From assembly GCA_038087875.1 (NCBI GenBank), contig CM075988.1, forward strand, positions 26,724,001 to 26,788,000: DNA of 64,000 nt. Reading direction: 5' to 3'. Below the pieces are notes generated by a model. It did no database searches. It had not been told where the DNA came from and was given only the letters and a program-made list of their open reading frames with translations. Position 1 is the stretch's first letter; each line of letters starts with the position of its first letter. The translations under genes and the position numbers were made by a program. Below are positions 45,745 to 58,484 of the stretch, piece after piece. Source of the DNA: Malacoraja senta (Eukaryota).

Positions 45745-47061
45745 GCAGCCCGGTGAATTAGTCCCATTTAAACCCTATCCATTTATTTTCTTCTGTGATC
45801 ATCTGATCTCTGGTATTATTCTGATTCAACAGGTCTAGATGAAGAAGTATTTCCTGAAAAGATTGTAATTTGGGCTGCAGTTTTCTGACAGGGAATTGGA
45901 ATTTGATTTGACTGCAGGTTGAGAGGAGGTAAATGGATAAAGGTTTAATGGGAGTGAATCTCCTGGGGTTTGTCAAGTCTATACTCCGTAAATGTAAATG
46001 CATTGAATGCTTTCCTACAACCGTTTGTGATACTGCATAAATAACCTTGGCAGGATTAGATCTTTATGTAATCAATGATAAAATCATTTCTTATGTTGTG
46101 CTCAAACAAGAAAGTATTTTATCATTAATAATCAGATTAATATATCCACTTTAGTAATTGCAAGAAAAGGCTGAGTTTTTTTTTGCATTTTCCATTTATA
46201 GTTTCTTCTGAATGTGACAAAGTACCAAATTAACACAATGAATTAAAGCAGATCTGATATGTTAATTTATGATCATTTTAAAATATTGGCAGATGACCAT
46301 ATACATTTTCCCATGGTCTGCTATCATTGACACACACCTGATATTGAGCAATTTTTAAAAGTCAAATGGCCAAATAAAATAAAAATTGAAAACGTAATAT
46401 GAACATTGCTTTTATCTGTCAAAGATCAACGTCAAGTTCTGCCGGAGAATTGATTGGTTAGGGTGAAGGCTTTGGGCTGCCTCAGCCTGTGGCTGCTCTG
46501 TGCTCAGGGGATTAAAGTGGAGATGGGGGATAGTGGGACACTGGGTGTGCACCAGGGTGGGGGCTTTTGTAAATGTGAGAGATAAAGGGAAGGGTGTTAT
46601 GTAAAATTGGAGAATTCAATGTTGATACCATTGGGTTGCAAACTACCCAAGTGGAATACGAGGTGCTGATCCTCCAGATTCAGGTTGTGTGGCCTCACTC
46701 ATTGTCTCATTTGTACTGAAACATGCCAGAGCAATGGGCCAGGTTTATTTCCGATTAAAATTAGCAGACAAACCCTGTGATGTTCTAACACTCTCCAGCA
46801 AAATGGTATCATTCATTGCAAAAGGCACAGTAAAATAGTTGATAAACTATAGTCCCATCACAATCCCTTTAGTCCCTGAGATGACATTAAATATCAAGTA
46901 CCCGTTTACGTTAATCCCATTTTACTCTCCCCTCAGTTTCTGTCCATTTTCTCCATATTTGACCACGCACCCATCTCTGAGGGGCAATATACAATAGCCA
47001 GTTGATCTACCAAAATGCAAGATTATCAGATGTTGAAGGAAACCAAAACACCCAGAGGAAC

Positions 47062-47316
47062 GTGAATGGTCACATAGTGAATGGCCACATAGTGAATGGC
47101 CACATAGTGAATGGTCACATAGTGAATGGTCACATAGGGAATGGCCACATAGGGAATGGCCACATAGGGAATGGCCACATAGGGAATGGCCACATAGTGA
47201 ATGGCCACATAGTGAATGGCCACATAGTGAATGGCCACATAGTGAATGGCCACATAGTGAATGGCCACATAGTGAATGGCCACATAGTGAATGGCCACAT
47301 AGTGAATGGCCACAGG
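47062..47316. repeat. 15-bp minisatellite, about 17 copies (GTGAATGGCCACATA), embedded in a decayed SINE
   Basis: Direct reading; flanks CACCCAGAGGAA and CACAGGGAGCATGTGTACACTCC are contiguous SINE sequence. Confidence 0.95.
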
Positions 47317-48689
47317 GAGCATGTGTACACTCCAGACAGAGAATACAGGAGGTCAGGATGGGGGATATGGACACAGGCTGCTGGACAGTGAGGTGACAGC
47401 TCTGCCAGCTACACCACTCATGCTCCCAGTAATGTTAAAGAAGGAACTGCAGATGCTGCTCTGGAGGGAGGAGGAGAACTTCTTCAAAGTAGGCATAGCT
47501 TGAGGAGATTTCGCAGTGGAGTAGACAAAGTGTTAAAGAAGGAACTGCAGATGCTGCTCCGTTGCCTAAACGTTGCCTATCTCCTTCGCTCCATAGATGC
47601 TGCTGCACCCGCTGAGTTTCTCCAGCATTTTTGTGTACCTCCCAGTAATGTTGTTGGTCAGATCTGAAGATGGCAGTTCAAGTCCCAGCTGGAGAATCAA
47701 GTTAATTGAATAATCTTTTGAGCATCTATTGGACTTGTGATGAGGAAGTCAGAAGAAGGGTCTCGACCCGAAATGTCACCCATTCCTTCTCGCCAGAGAT
47801 GCTGCCTGTCCCGCTGAGTTACTCCAGCATTTTGTGTCTATCTTCGGACTTGATGATGAGTTTGTTTGACCTTGGGTTTGTTTGAGTTTGCTGAGGCCTT
47901 TACCTTCTGTCACTGAAGTTCAGAACAAATCCATAAGGGGGCGGTAACACTCAGAGAGTACAACACCAAGATATACTTTACCTTGACATCATGGGGAGCT
48001 GGGAGCAAAATAATAAAGGCCTGTAATTCTATGTTAAGAAAGTAATATTGTAATCATTGCAAAACATTGTTAAAAAAATGCATTTTTAATTATATATTCC
48101 TTTAATCTAGAATGTTACATTGACCTTGGCCGAATACCAAAATACAAAATTTATGTTAGACATAGAAAATAGGTGCAGGAGTAGGCCATTCGGACCTTCA
48201 AGCCAGCACCGCCATTCAATATATATCATCCAGAATCAGAACCCCAAATGTTGCATATATATACCATTGGTAACTTTATAATATTAAAAATCAGTCAACG
48301 TCTAGCCTACATAGTATTTGGAACTGTGGTTCTGAGTTAGTTACATCACAATATTCTTGTATTTTTGTTATATTGGAACAATGTTGTTGTATTTTCCTAG
48401 AATATTCTGTGTGGTGTGTTAGTTTGTAGGTTAATTGGATTCTGTAATTTGTCCCTAGTGTGTAGGATATAACTAGTATACGGTTGATCTCTGGTGGGCC
48501 GAAGGGCCTGTTTCCACGTTATACCCCTAAACTAAATATACTAAATGTACTGCTGAGGATGCACGGTTGTGGTACTTTCACAGTCACTGTATGTTTGTGC
48601 TAAGATTAAATATATTTACCTCTTAGTCAGCTGAACTTCAATTCCATTCTTAGCAGCTGGACAGATGCTGGGTCTCAATATGAAACGTG

Positions 48690-48880
48690 TAGAAAGGAAC
48701 TGCAGATGCTGGTTTAAACTGAAGATAGACACAAAAAGCTGGAGTAACTCAGCGGGTCAGGCAGTATCTCTGGAGAAAAGGAATGGTCTGAAGAAGGGTC
48801 TCGACCGGAAACGTCACATATTCCTTTTCTCCAGAGATGCTGTCTAACCCGCTGAGTTACTCCAGCACTTTGTGTCTTTT
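48690..48880. mobile_element. Palindromic Penelope-derived element with a hammerhead-like core in the loop
   Basis: Arms 48727-48784 and 48820-48877 are near reverse complements; CTGAAGA...GAAACGTC at 48788-48815. Confidence 0.8.
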
Positions 48881-49249
48881 CTCTATATGAAAAGTCAGGT
48901 ATTCTCTAGATTGAAGGGTGTACAGGGTGCCTGTCTAAGGCTGTGCTTTGGGACCATTGCATTTCCTAATGTATATTAATACACTGTATAAGGCAGATTC
49001 CACATGTACAGACAATACAAAGATTAGGAAAAAAAAGACACAAAGTGCTGGAGTAACTGCGGGTCGGGCAGATCTGTGGAGCGTAATGGGCAGATGCCGT
49101 GTGGCGGGACCATTCTTCAGATATGAAGGATCCCAACATCATCTGTCCATCTCCCTCCACAGACTCTGCCTGACTGGCTGAGTTACTCCAGCACTTTGTC
49201 TTTTGTTCCAGATTCCACCAGCATCTGCACTTCCAGATTAAGTGCTTTT

Positions 49250-49640
49250 TGACAATAGACAATAGGTGCAGGAGTAGGCCATTCGGCCCTTTGAGCCAGC
49301 ACCGCCATTCAATATGATCATGGCTGATCATCCCCAATCAGTATTCCAATCCTGCCTTCTCCCCATATCCCCTGACTCCACTATCTTTAAGAGCCCTATC
49401 TAGCTCTCTCTTGAAAGCATCCAGAGAACCTGCCTCCACCGCCCTCTGAGGCAGAGAACTCCAACTCGCAACTCTCTGTGAGAAAAAGTGTTTCCTCGTC
49501 TCCGTTCTAAATGGCTTACTCCTTATTCTTAAGCTGTGGCCCCTGGTTCTGGACTCCCCCAACATCGGGAACATGTTTCCTGCCTCTAGCGTGTCCAAAC
49601 CCTTAACAATCTTACATGTTTCAATGAGATCCCCTCTTGA
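49250..49640 (-). mobile_element. CR1-clade LINE 3' fragment
   Basis: [38 protein letters not shown]...; CTATTGT tail. Confidence 0.92.
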
Positions 49641-49751
49641 CATTTGTGTTCTTTCTGGAAATGAGTGAAAGGTTCCAAACAGAAGCAATCTCCCCACCGG
49701 CACAGAGAGGTGAGGCTCGACGCAACATCACCCATCCCCTCTCCGCACAGA

Positions 49752-50135
49752 AACATAGACAATAGGTGCAGGAGTAGGCCATTCGGCCTCCGAGCCAGCA
49801 CCGCCATTCAATATGATCATGGCTGATCATCCCCAATCAGTACCCCGTTCCTGCTTTCTCCCCATATCCCCTGATTCCTTCAGCCCCCATAGCTAAATCT
49901 AACTCTCCCCAGATCCCTTGATTCCTTCAGCCCCCATAGCTAAATCTAACTCTCCCCAGATCCCTTGATTCCTTCAGCCCCCATAGCTAAATCTAACTCT
50001 CCCCATATCCCCTGATTCCTTCAGCCCCCATAGCTAAATCTAACTCTCTCTTGAAAACATCCAGTGAATTGGCTTCTGTGACAGAGAATTCCACAGATTC
50101 CCAACTCTCTGGGTGAAGAAGTTTTCCTTCATCTC
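49752..50135 (-). mobile_element. CR1 3' end containing a 47-bp unit repeated 4 times (about 49860-50048)
   Basis: GATTCCTTCAGCCCCCATAGCTAAATCTAACTCT at 49873, 49920, 49967 and 50014. Confidence 0.88.
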
Positions 50136-50224
50136 ACACAGATGCAGCCCGACCCGCACTTACTCCAGCACTTTGTGTTTGTCTCGGGCTAAACCCGCAT
50201 CTGCAGTTCCTCTTTCACTAAGTT

Positions 50225-50496
50225 GCGCCGCAGAGGGGCGACAACCTGCCGCGGGGGCGCGCCTGGAGCGTCGGGGACGCGCCCAGCAGTGGGGACGGGA
50301 GTGTTTGTGACCCTCTCTGTGTCTCTGTCTGTGTCTCCCTCTGTGTCTCTGTCTCCCCGCCGCCTCCCGCACGCAGTCTCGGGAGCGCATTTGTCACCAA
50401 CTTGAAAGAAGAAAAAGTCAACAAATAGTTTGCGGGGCAGACGGAGAGAGAGAGAGAGAGAAGGAAGGAAGAAGGAAGGAAGGAGAGAAGAAGGAG

Positions 50497-50528
<32 letters not shown>

Positions 50529-50630
50529 CAGGATGACTGCGGGGGAGAGCCGGGCGGAGCGCAGCGGCGACAACAACAAGGTAACTGTGGGAGCGTGTAA
50601 TGGTGGGGACTGTGCGGGATAGTGGGACCG
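50225..50630 (+). promoter_or_regulatory. CpG-island-like promoter/5' UTR with (GA)n and (GAAA)n tracts
   Basis: High local CpG and GC content compared with the rest of the window, surrounding a first-exon candidate. Confidence 0.7.
50533..50580 (+). CDS. USP28: Probable first coding exon of ubiquitin-specific peptidase 28 (MTAGESRAERSGDNNK); rest of the gene is beyond the window
   Basis: ATG in a CpG island; MTA start as in USP28; 48-nt phase-0 exon with donor AAG|gtaact like USP25/28 exon 1; head-to-head with HTR3B as in mammals. The identity rests largely on synteny. Confidence 0.6.
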
Positions 50631-50634
50631 CATC

Positions 50635-51356
50635 CCCAACTCAACTCTCCCCCCCCCCTCAACTCTCCCCCCCTCCCTCAACTCTCCCCCCCTCCCTCAA
50701 CTCTCCCCCCCCTCCCTCAACTCTCCCCCCCTCCCTCAACTCTCCCCCCCCCTCAACGCTCCCCCCCCTCAACAACTCTCCCCCCCCAACTCTCCCCCCT
50801 CTCCCCCCCTCAACTCTCCCCCCCCCTCAACTCTCCCCCCCTCAACTCTCCCCCCCTCTCAACTCTCCCCCCCCTCAACTCTCCCCCCCCCCTCAACTCC
50901 CCCCCCCCTCAACTCCCCCCCCCCTCAACTCCCCCCCCCCTCAACTCCCCCCCCCCTCAACTCCCCCCCCCTCAACTCCCCCCCCTCAACTCTCCCCCCC
51001 CTCAACTCTCCCCCCCCCCTCAACTCTCCCCCCCCCTCAACTCTCCCCCCCCTCAACTCTCCCCCCCCCTCAACAACTCTCCCCCCCCCAACTCTCCCCC
51101 CCTCAACTCTCCCCCCCTCTCCCCCCCTCAACAACTCTCCCCCCCCCCAACTCTCCCCCCCTCAACTCTCCCCCCCTCTCCACTCTCCCCCCCTCAACAA
51201 CTCTCCCCCCCCTCAACTCTCTCCCCCCCCCCTCAACTCTCTCCCCCCCCTCAACTCTCTCCCCCCCCCTCAACTCTCTCCCCCCCCCCTCAACTCTCTC
51301 CCCCCCCCCTCAACTCTCTCCCCCCCCCCCTCAACTCTCTCCCCCCCCCCTCCCTC
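50635..51356. repeat. C-rich minisatellite (CTCAACTCTCCCCCCC)n
   Basis: Direct reading. Confidence 0.97.
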
Positions 51357-51551
51357 TGCAGCGGTGGGGGCACAGTGTGGGATACTCTGTCCCCCCCACC
51401 TCACTGTGAGTGAGTGAGTGAGTTCCCCAGTCCCCTGCAGTGGCGGCACTAATGACCACATGGCCTCCTGTTGTTTGTAAAAGTCTGGTTTCGCTTTGCA
51501 TTGATTTCTGTTTAAACGCGGCTGCTTTGTTACAATAGTTGTGCCCTGACC

Positions 51552-51797
51552 GGGGTTGTAGAGGGGAGAGGGCTGTAGAGGGGAGGGGGCTGTAGAGGGG
51601 AGGGGGCTGTAGAGGGGAGGGGGCTGTAGAGGGGAGGGGGCTGTAGAGGGGAGGGGTGGGGAGAGGGGAGGGGAGAGGGGAGAGGGGAGAGGGGTGGGAG
51701 TGGAGGAAAGGTCAAGAGAGGACGGGTGGGGAGGGGCAAGGGAGGAGAGAACAGGAGGGGAGGGGAGGGGAGGGGAGGGGAGGGGGGAGGGGGGCTG
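51552..51797. repeat. G-rich tandem repeats (GGGCTGTAGAGGGGAGG)n and (GAGGG)n
   Basis: Direct reading. Confidence 0.92.
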
Positions 51798-52064
51798 TGA
51801 CTATTGTCAGTGGATCAGATGGTGTCGGTCCCTGCCTGTCCCACTAGACCAGGGCTCCCTGTGTTGGTTCAACCACGTGTATCTTGGATCAATTCTGTCA
51901 GGGCTGGGACGTCCCTTGAGGAATGACGGCAGGAATACTCTACCTGACTCCTGTTGAGTCACGGATAGGGAATTCCACAACTCCATCACATTACTACATC
52001 ACTCTGTAGCGAGGTGAGATGTGTGGAGGTTGTGGGAGTCAAGGGGCATGGACATAAGGTGGAA

Positions 52065-52330
52065 TTATCAGGCAACTGAACCATCCCACCACAACCAGAG
52101 AGCAGGGCTGAACTACCATCTACCTCATTGGTGACCCTTGGACTATCCTTGATCGGACTTTGCTGACTTTACCTTGCACTAAACGTTATTCCCGTGATGT
52201 ATCTATGCACTGTAAATGACTCGATTGTAATCGTGTATCGTCTTTCCGCTGGCTGGTTAGCGCGCAACACAAGATTTGCACTCTACCTCGGTACACGTGA
52301 CAATAAACTAAACTGAACTGAAATGAACTA
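52065..52330 (+). mobile_element. LINE 3' UTR fragment, probably Rex1/Babar-type
   Basis: ATCAGGCAACTGAAC start; ends CACGTGACAATAAACTAAACTGAAC, similar to the tail of the element at 55640-55674. Confidence 0.6.
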
Positions 52331-52435
52331 AAGGATCGGCCATGATCTTGTCCAGTCTTGTAAGAAGTGTCACGGCCAGAGTGCTCCCTGCCGCTTCTGT
52401 TTCCTATCTTGTGTTCTAACATCTTACCAGATCCC

Positions 52436-52990
52436 CATGGTTCATTTCACCCAAGAGTGGAACTCGCTATCAAAACATGGAGGGGACGGGGGACACAATT
52501 TTTTGGCGGCCGCGTGCGCATGAGCACACACACACACACACACGTGCGCGAGGCTTCGGAGGCTCAATCCAGCGCTAAATGCAGCTCAACTCTGCCTGTC
52601 TCACCGGGTTAACTACAGCCCTGACTGGACTGATGGGACACCAGCGCTGCTTCTCCACGCTGCCCATATTTCCTGCAAGCCCAGGCAGGTTCACCTGGCG
52701 GGACAGGCAGAGTGAGCTGGGTTTAGCGCTGTTTCTCTGCGCTGGCTGTGGGCCTGGGGGCACAGCTCGCGTCTGACTCCCGACCTCTCTGGCCACTCGT
52801 GGGGGGGGGTGCACTCGGGACAGCACCGGAGACCCGGCCGGAGATCAGCAGTCCCACCCCCACTGTCTCGCGGAAAGTGGAGATTTTAAAATACGGATCA
52901 CAAAAACTTGGGGGGGGATGTCTCCCACCACTCAAAACATGGGGGGGGGGGACATGTCCCTTCTGGCCCCCCCGGGTTTTTCACCATGAG
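52436..52990. mobile_element. Possible non-autonomous DNA transposon remnant (GC-rich)
   Basis: TCAAAACATGG-GGGGAC motif near both ends and a GC-rich interior; termini not resolved. Confidence 0.35.
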
Positions 52991-53109
52991 TAAAAAACAA
53001 ACTGCTGGGGAACTCGGTGAGTCAGGCATAGTTTAAAGGAGGTGAGCGAGGTAACTTTCTACACAGAGGGTGGTGAGTGCTTGTAACACTCTGCCAGGGA
53101 TGGTGATGG

Positions 53110-55674
53110 CATCTGGGAAAGGGAGAGGAGGGGGCGTCTGCCTCATGGTCAACTGCGTGGTGCTCAGACATGGCATTCCTGTCCAACTCCTGCTCTCCAC
53201 ACCTCGAACACCTGCCGGTGAAGTGCCGTCCCTTCTACCTTCCGAGGGAATTCTCCTCCGTCATCCTGACCGCGGTCTACATCCCACCCCAGGCAGACGT
53301 CCGTCTGGCACTGGAGGAGCTGCACGCCGTGGTCAACAAACACCAGACATCTCACCCCGAGGCATTTACCACCATTGCTGGGGACTTCAATAAGGCAAAC
53401 CTAAAGAAATCACTCCCTAACTTCCACCAACTTCCAATGTCTTCTGCAGCACCAGAGGACCAAACACCCTCGACCACTGCTATACGACCATCAAGGATGC
53501 CTATCGCTCTATCCCTCGCCCTCACTTCGGTAAATCCGACCATACCGCGGTGCTGCTTCTTCCTGCCTACAGGCAGCAATTGAAGAGCGCACCCCCAGAG
53601 ATGAGGACTGTACAGAGCTGGTCGGGGGGGGGGGGGGGCAGAGGAACAACTCCAGGACTGTTTGGAGTCTGTAGACTGGGCAATGTTCAAGGACTCGGCT
53701 ACGGACCTGAACGAATACACCACAGTCGTTACAGACTTCATTAAGAAATGTGTGGAGGACTGCATCCCCACCAAAACCTTCCGAGCGTTTCCCAATCAGA
53801 AACCTTGGATGAACTTTGAGATCCGTTCTCTCCTGAAGACCAGACTCCGGGCATCCATGTCTGATGATACAGTGGTCTACAAGAAGTCTAGATACGACCT
53901 TGGTAAGGCCATCAAAAAGGTCAAAAGGGACTTCTGCTCCAAACTGGAGGAAGAGACAGATGTTCGGCGGCTGTGGCAGGGCCTGATTGCAATCACCTCC
54001 TACAAGGCGAAATCAGGAGGCAGCTCGAATGTCGGCGAAACATCACTCCCTGATGAGCTCAATGCGTTTTACACACGCTTTGATAGGGAGAACACCAATG
54101 TGCCTTCCCGAGCCCCCATTCGCTGTGATGGTATTTCAGTCTCAATCACAGAGGCCGACGTCAGGAAATCCTTCAGAGGGGTGAACCCTCGAAAAGCGCC
54201 TGGACCTGATGGTATACCTGGTCGTGTTCTAAAAACCTGTGCGGACCAACTGGCTGGAGTTTTTACGGACATTTTCAACCTCTCACTTCTGAGGTCTGAG
54301 GTTCCCACCTGCTTCAAAAGGGCATCAATTATACCAGTGCCCAAGAAGAGCAAGGTAACGTGCCTCAATGACTATCGACCTGTGGCACTAATGCCTGTGG
54401 TGATGAAGTGCTTTCAGAGGTTGATCATGACGCAGATCAACTCCTACCTCAACAAAAACCTGGACCCACTGCAGTTCGCTTACCGCCACAACAGATCAAC
54501 GGTGGATGCGATCTCGCTGGCCCTCCACTCCGCTCTGGACCACTTGGACGACAAAAACTCATATGTCAGGCTGTTATTCATCGATTACAGCTCGGCATTT
54601 AATAAAATCATCCCCTCCAAGCTGGTTACCAAACTCGCAGAACTGGGTCTCTGCGCATCCCTCTGCAATTGGATCCTCGACTTCCTCACTCTCAGACCAC
54701 AGTGACTCGATAACAATCAGCACGGGAGCACCTCAAGGCTGCGTGCTCAGCCCTCTGCTGTACTCACTCTATACTCATGACTGCGTAGCCGGTCATAGTT
54801 CGAACTCCATCATCAAGTTCGCTGACGACACCACTGTTGTGGGACGTATCACTGATGGGGATGAGTCAGAGTACAGAAGAGAGATCGAGCAACTGTCCAT
54901 ATGGTGCCAGCACAATAACCTGGCCCTCAACACCAGCAAAACCAAGGAATTGATTGTGGACTTTGGAAGGAGTAGGATGGGGACCCACAGTCCCGTTTAT
55001 ATCAACGGGTCGATGGTTGAAAGGGTCAAAAGCTTCAAATTCCTGGGCGTGCACATCTCTGAAGATCTTTCCTGCTCCGAGAAAGCACATCAGCGCCTCT
55101 ACTTCCTGAGAAGATTACGGAGAGTCGGTTTGTCAAGGAGGACTCTCTCTAACTTCTACAGGTGCACAGTAGAGAGCATGCTTTCCGGTTGCATCGTGGC
55201 TTGGTTCGGCAACTTGAGTGCCCTGGAGAGGAAAAGACTACAAAAAGTAATAAACACTGCCCAGTCCATCATCGGCTCTGACCTCGAGGGGATCTATCGC
55301 AGTCGCTGCCTTAAAAAGGCTGGCAGTATCATCAAAGACCCACACCATCCTGACCACGCACTCATCTCCCTGCTACCTTCAGGTAGAAGATACAGGAGCC
55401 TGAAGACTGCAACAACCAGGTTCAGGAATAGCTACTTCCCCACAGCCATCAGGCTATTAAACTTGGCTCGGACAAAACTCTGAACTTTAATAGCCCATTA
55501 ACTGTTATTTGCACTTTATCAGTTTATTTATTCATGTGTGTATATATTTATAGAATGGTATATGGACACACTGATCTGTTTTGTAGTCAATGCCTACTAT
55601 GTTCTGTTGTGCTGAAGCAAAGCAAGAATTTCATTGTCCTATCAGGGACACATGACAATAAACTCACTTGAACT
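53110..55674 (+). mobile_element. Rex1/Babar-clade LINE, nearly complete APE endonuclease plus RT, disrupted
   Basis: [60 protein letters not shown]; frameshifts and a deletion near 54700; TSD TGATGG at 53104-53109 and 55675-55680. Confidence 0.95.
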
Positions 55675-56411
55675 TGATGGAGGCAGATAGTATAGATGTT
55701 TATGACAGACACATGGATGTGTAGAGAATGGACAGATCACGTGAGGCAGATGAGATTAGTTTAACCTAACATCAAGTTTAGCACGGACATTGTAGCCTCA
55801 AGGGCCTGTTCTTAGCTTTATTGATGGGTCAGAGTATCTGTGGCCCTGTGGGCTAGATTAATCAAAAGACACACAATCTTCTGACTGAAGACATTTGCCT
55901 CTTTCTGAAGTGGTTACCTCCTCTATGTTTTAAATGGTCAACTTATCCTGAGATGATGTCCCCTAGTTCTGGCCTGTCCACCAATGAAAATGTCCTCTTG
56001 GCCAGTACTCTCAGGACTTTCTCGTGCCCAGCAGTGAAAGGGAAGCACTTTTCCAGAGAGGGGTTAGGTCCTCTGTAAGTATGGGTTGGCTGCTGCCCAA
56101 CTAGAACATCACACAATGTGAGTGGGGGAAAGACCGGTATTTCCTGCAAATGTCCAGTTGATTGTCGTGGAGCAGCATTTCAGGCCAGGTCTTGAATGGG
56201 CTTCCAGGCTAACAATGGGGTCTCTGAAAGGAAAAGGTGAAATGTTCTGTATATGTCCACTCGTTAAGTCTGTTGGCAGCTGGGCCTTGGGTGGCACTGT
56301 GGCCATGCTAGAGAGCCATTGCCTCTTAGTCCCAGACACATGGAATCTATTCATCACCAAATACCCTCTAAACTACCCTTATAGAATGGGCTCCAGAGTA
56401 AAGCTCTAACT

Positions 56412-56620
56412 ATGTAGGAAGGAACTGCAGATGCTGGTTTACACTGAAGATGGACACAAAGTGCTGGAGTAACTCAACGGATCAGACAGCATCTCAGGAG
56501 AGAAGGAAGCGGCAGCGTTTCGGATCTGAAGAAGGGTCTCGACCCGAAACATCGCCCATTCCATCTCTCCGGAGATGCTGCCTGATCCGCTGAGTTACTC
56601 CAGCACTCTGTGTCTGTCAA
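56412..56620. mobile_element. Palindromic Penelope-derived element
   Basis: Inverted arms around CTGAAGAAGGGTCTCGACCCGAAACATC at 56526. Confidence 0.75.
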
Positions 56621-56901
56621 AGCTCTAATCCCCTCCTTGGAAACTACGAAAGATATTTGTAGGAAGTCAGTGTGAGAATAATCTGTGACATTAACATGTG
56701 TGTGTGTGTGTGTAGCATTCTTGTGAGAAGCAAATGTCTCCAAATCGCTCGCCACAACTGTGTCTCTCCAAGATTTATGTTGCGATCATTAATAGTTTGA
56801 TGAGTATCGGCTATGAAGGTGTACTCTAGTATTACAAGTCCCAGCGAGTATTTCATAATGTGCAAAAGAAATGTTAATCATGTGCAAGCACAACTGTTTA
56901 A

Positions 56902-58484
56902 TAATAATAATAATATCTTTTATTGTCATTGCACGTCAGTGCAACGAGATTTAGTATGCAGCTCCACCGATGTACAAGAAAAGTAAAATAAATAAATAAG
57001 CAAGCTGAGTGACGTGACCATCCGAGGGAGACTGTCCTGGAGGGGTGGGTGGGGGGGACGCTCAGCAGGGCCGGTTCAGAGCCGCTATAGCTCTTGGAAT
57101 AAAGCTGTTTCTGAGTCTGGAGGTTCGGGCGTAGAAGGCCTTGTAACGTCTGCCGGAGGGAAGTAGTTCAAACAGTCCGTTACAAGGGTGTGATGAGTCC
57201 TTGTGGATGCTGACGGCCTTCCTGAGGCACCGTGTGTGGTAGATGCCCTCCAAGGCTGGTAGCTCTGTCCCAATGATCCTCTGCGCTCTGTGAACGTCGC
57301 GCTGAAGAGCTCTCCCCGTGCAGCTGAGATACCACACAGAGATGCCATACGTTAATATGCTCTCTGTGGTGCAGCGGTAGAACGTTGTCAGCAGCTGTTG
57401 GGGCAGACCAGTCTTTTTTAATGTCCTCAGGAAGAACAGTCGTTGCTGTGCCTTCTTGACCAGCGCAGCGGTGTTGGTGGACCATGTGAGGTCCTCTGAA
57501 ATGTGAGTGCCCAGAAACTTAAAGCTGGACACTCTCTCCACACTTTCCCCGTAGATGGAGATTGGGGCGTATTCTCCATTATTGGACCTCCTGAAGTCAA
57601 TAATCAGCTCCTTGGTCTTGGAGGTGTTTAGTGACAAGTTGTTATGAGCGCACCAGTCCGCCAGGTTCTGCACCTCCGCTCTGTATTTTGTTTCATCACC
57701 GTTGGTGATCAGCCCAATCACTGTTGTGTCGTCTGCAAACTTCACGATGGTGTTGGTGTCGAATGCAGGGACACAGTCGTGAGTGAAGAGGGAGTAGAGC
57801 ATGGGGCTTAGTACACAGCCCTGTGGTGTGCCGGTGCTCAGGGTGATAGTGGAGGACAGGTGCGGGCCCAGTCTCACTGCCTGCGGTCGCTCCGTCAGAA
57901 AGTTCAGGATCCAATCGCATATCGGCGAGCTGAGGCCTAGCTGGTGGAGTTTGGTGGTGGGCTTGGTGGGGATGACCGTATTGAATGCAGATCTATAGTC
58001 AATGAGGAGCATCCTCACATACGTGCCCTGTCTGTCCAGGTGAGTCAGGACAGTGTGAAGAGCCAGAGAGATGGCATCCTCTGTTGATCTATTTGCCCTG
58101 TATGCAAATTGATGGGAGTCCAGTGAGGCAGGGATGCTGGATTTGATATGGGAGAGGACCAGCCTTTCGAAGCACTTTAATGGGATCGGAGTTAGGGCAA
58201 CCGGGTGGTAGTTGTTCAGGTTGGTGACTTTGGACTTTTTCGGCACCGGCACTATGGTGGCTGTTTTCAGGCACTTGGGGACCGTTGCCAGAGATAGAGA
58301 CAGATTGAAGATTCTCGTGAATACCTCCGCCAGCTGTACAGCACAGTCCTTTAGTACCCTTCCCTGGACTCCATCCGGGCCTGCAGCCTTGCGTGGATTG
58401 ATCCTACGCAGAGCGCACTGTACCTCCTGGGTGCTCAGTGTTAAGGCCTGTCCCTCCGCCATGGCCGGGGTTATTCCACTCCTG
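56902..58484 (-). mobile_element. Rex1/Babar-clade LINE, 5'-truncated, uninterrupted 466-aa RT ORF (58462-57062)
   Basis: [34 protein letters not shown]; (ATT)n tail; TSD GTTTAA at 56896-56901 and 58485-58490. Confidence 0.95.

Noticed and set aside
46922..47391. ORFs with HSLCG / NGHIV repeats
   Set aside because: Products of the 15-bp minisatellite.
50600..51413. 263-269 aa proline-rich (extensin-like) ORFs
   Set aside because: Translation of a C-rich tandem repeat that is open in several frames, lying just downstream of a splice donor.
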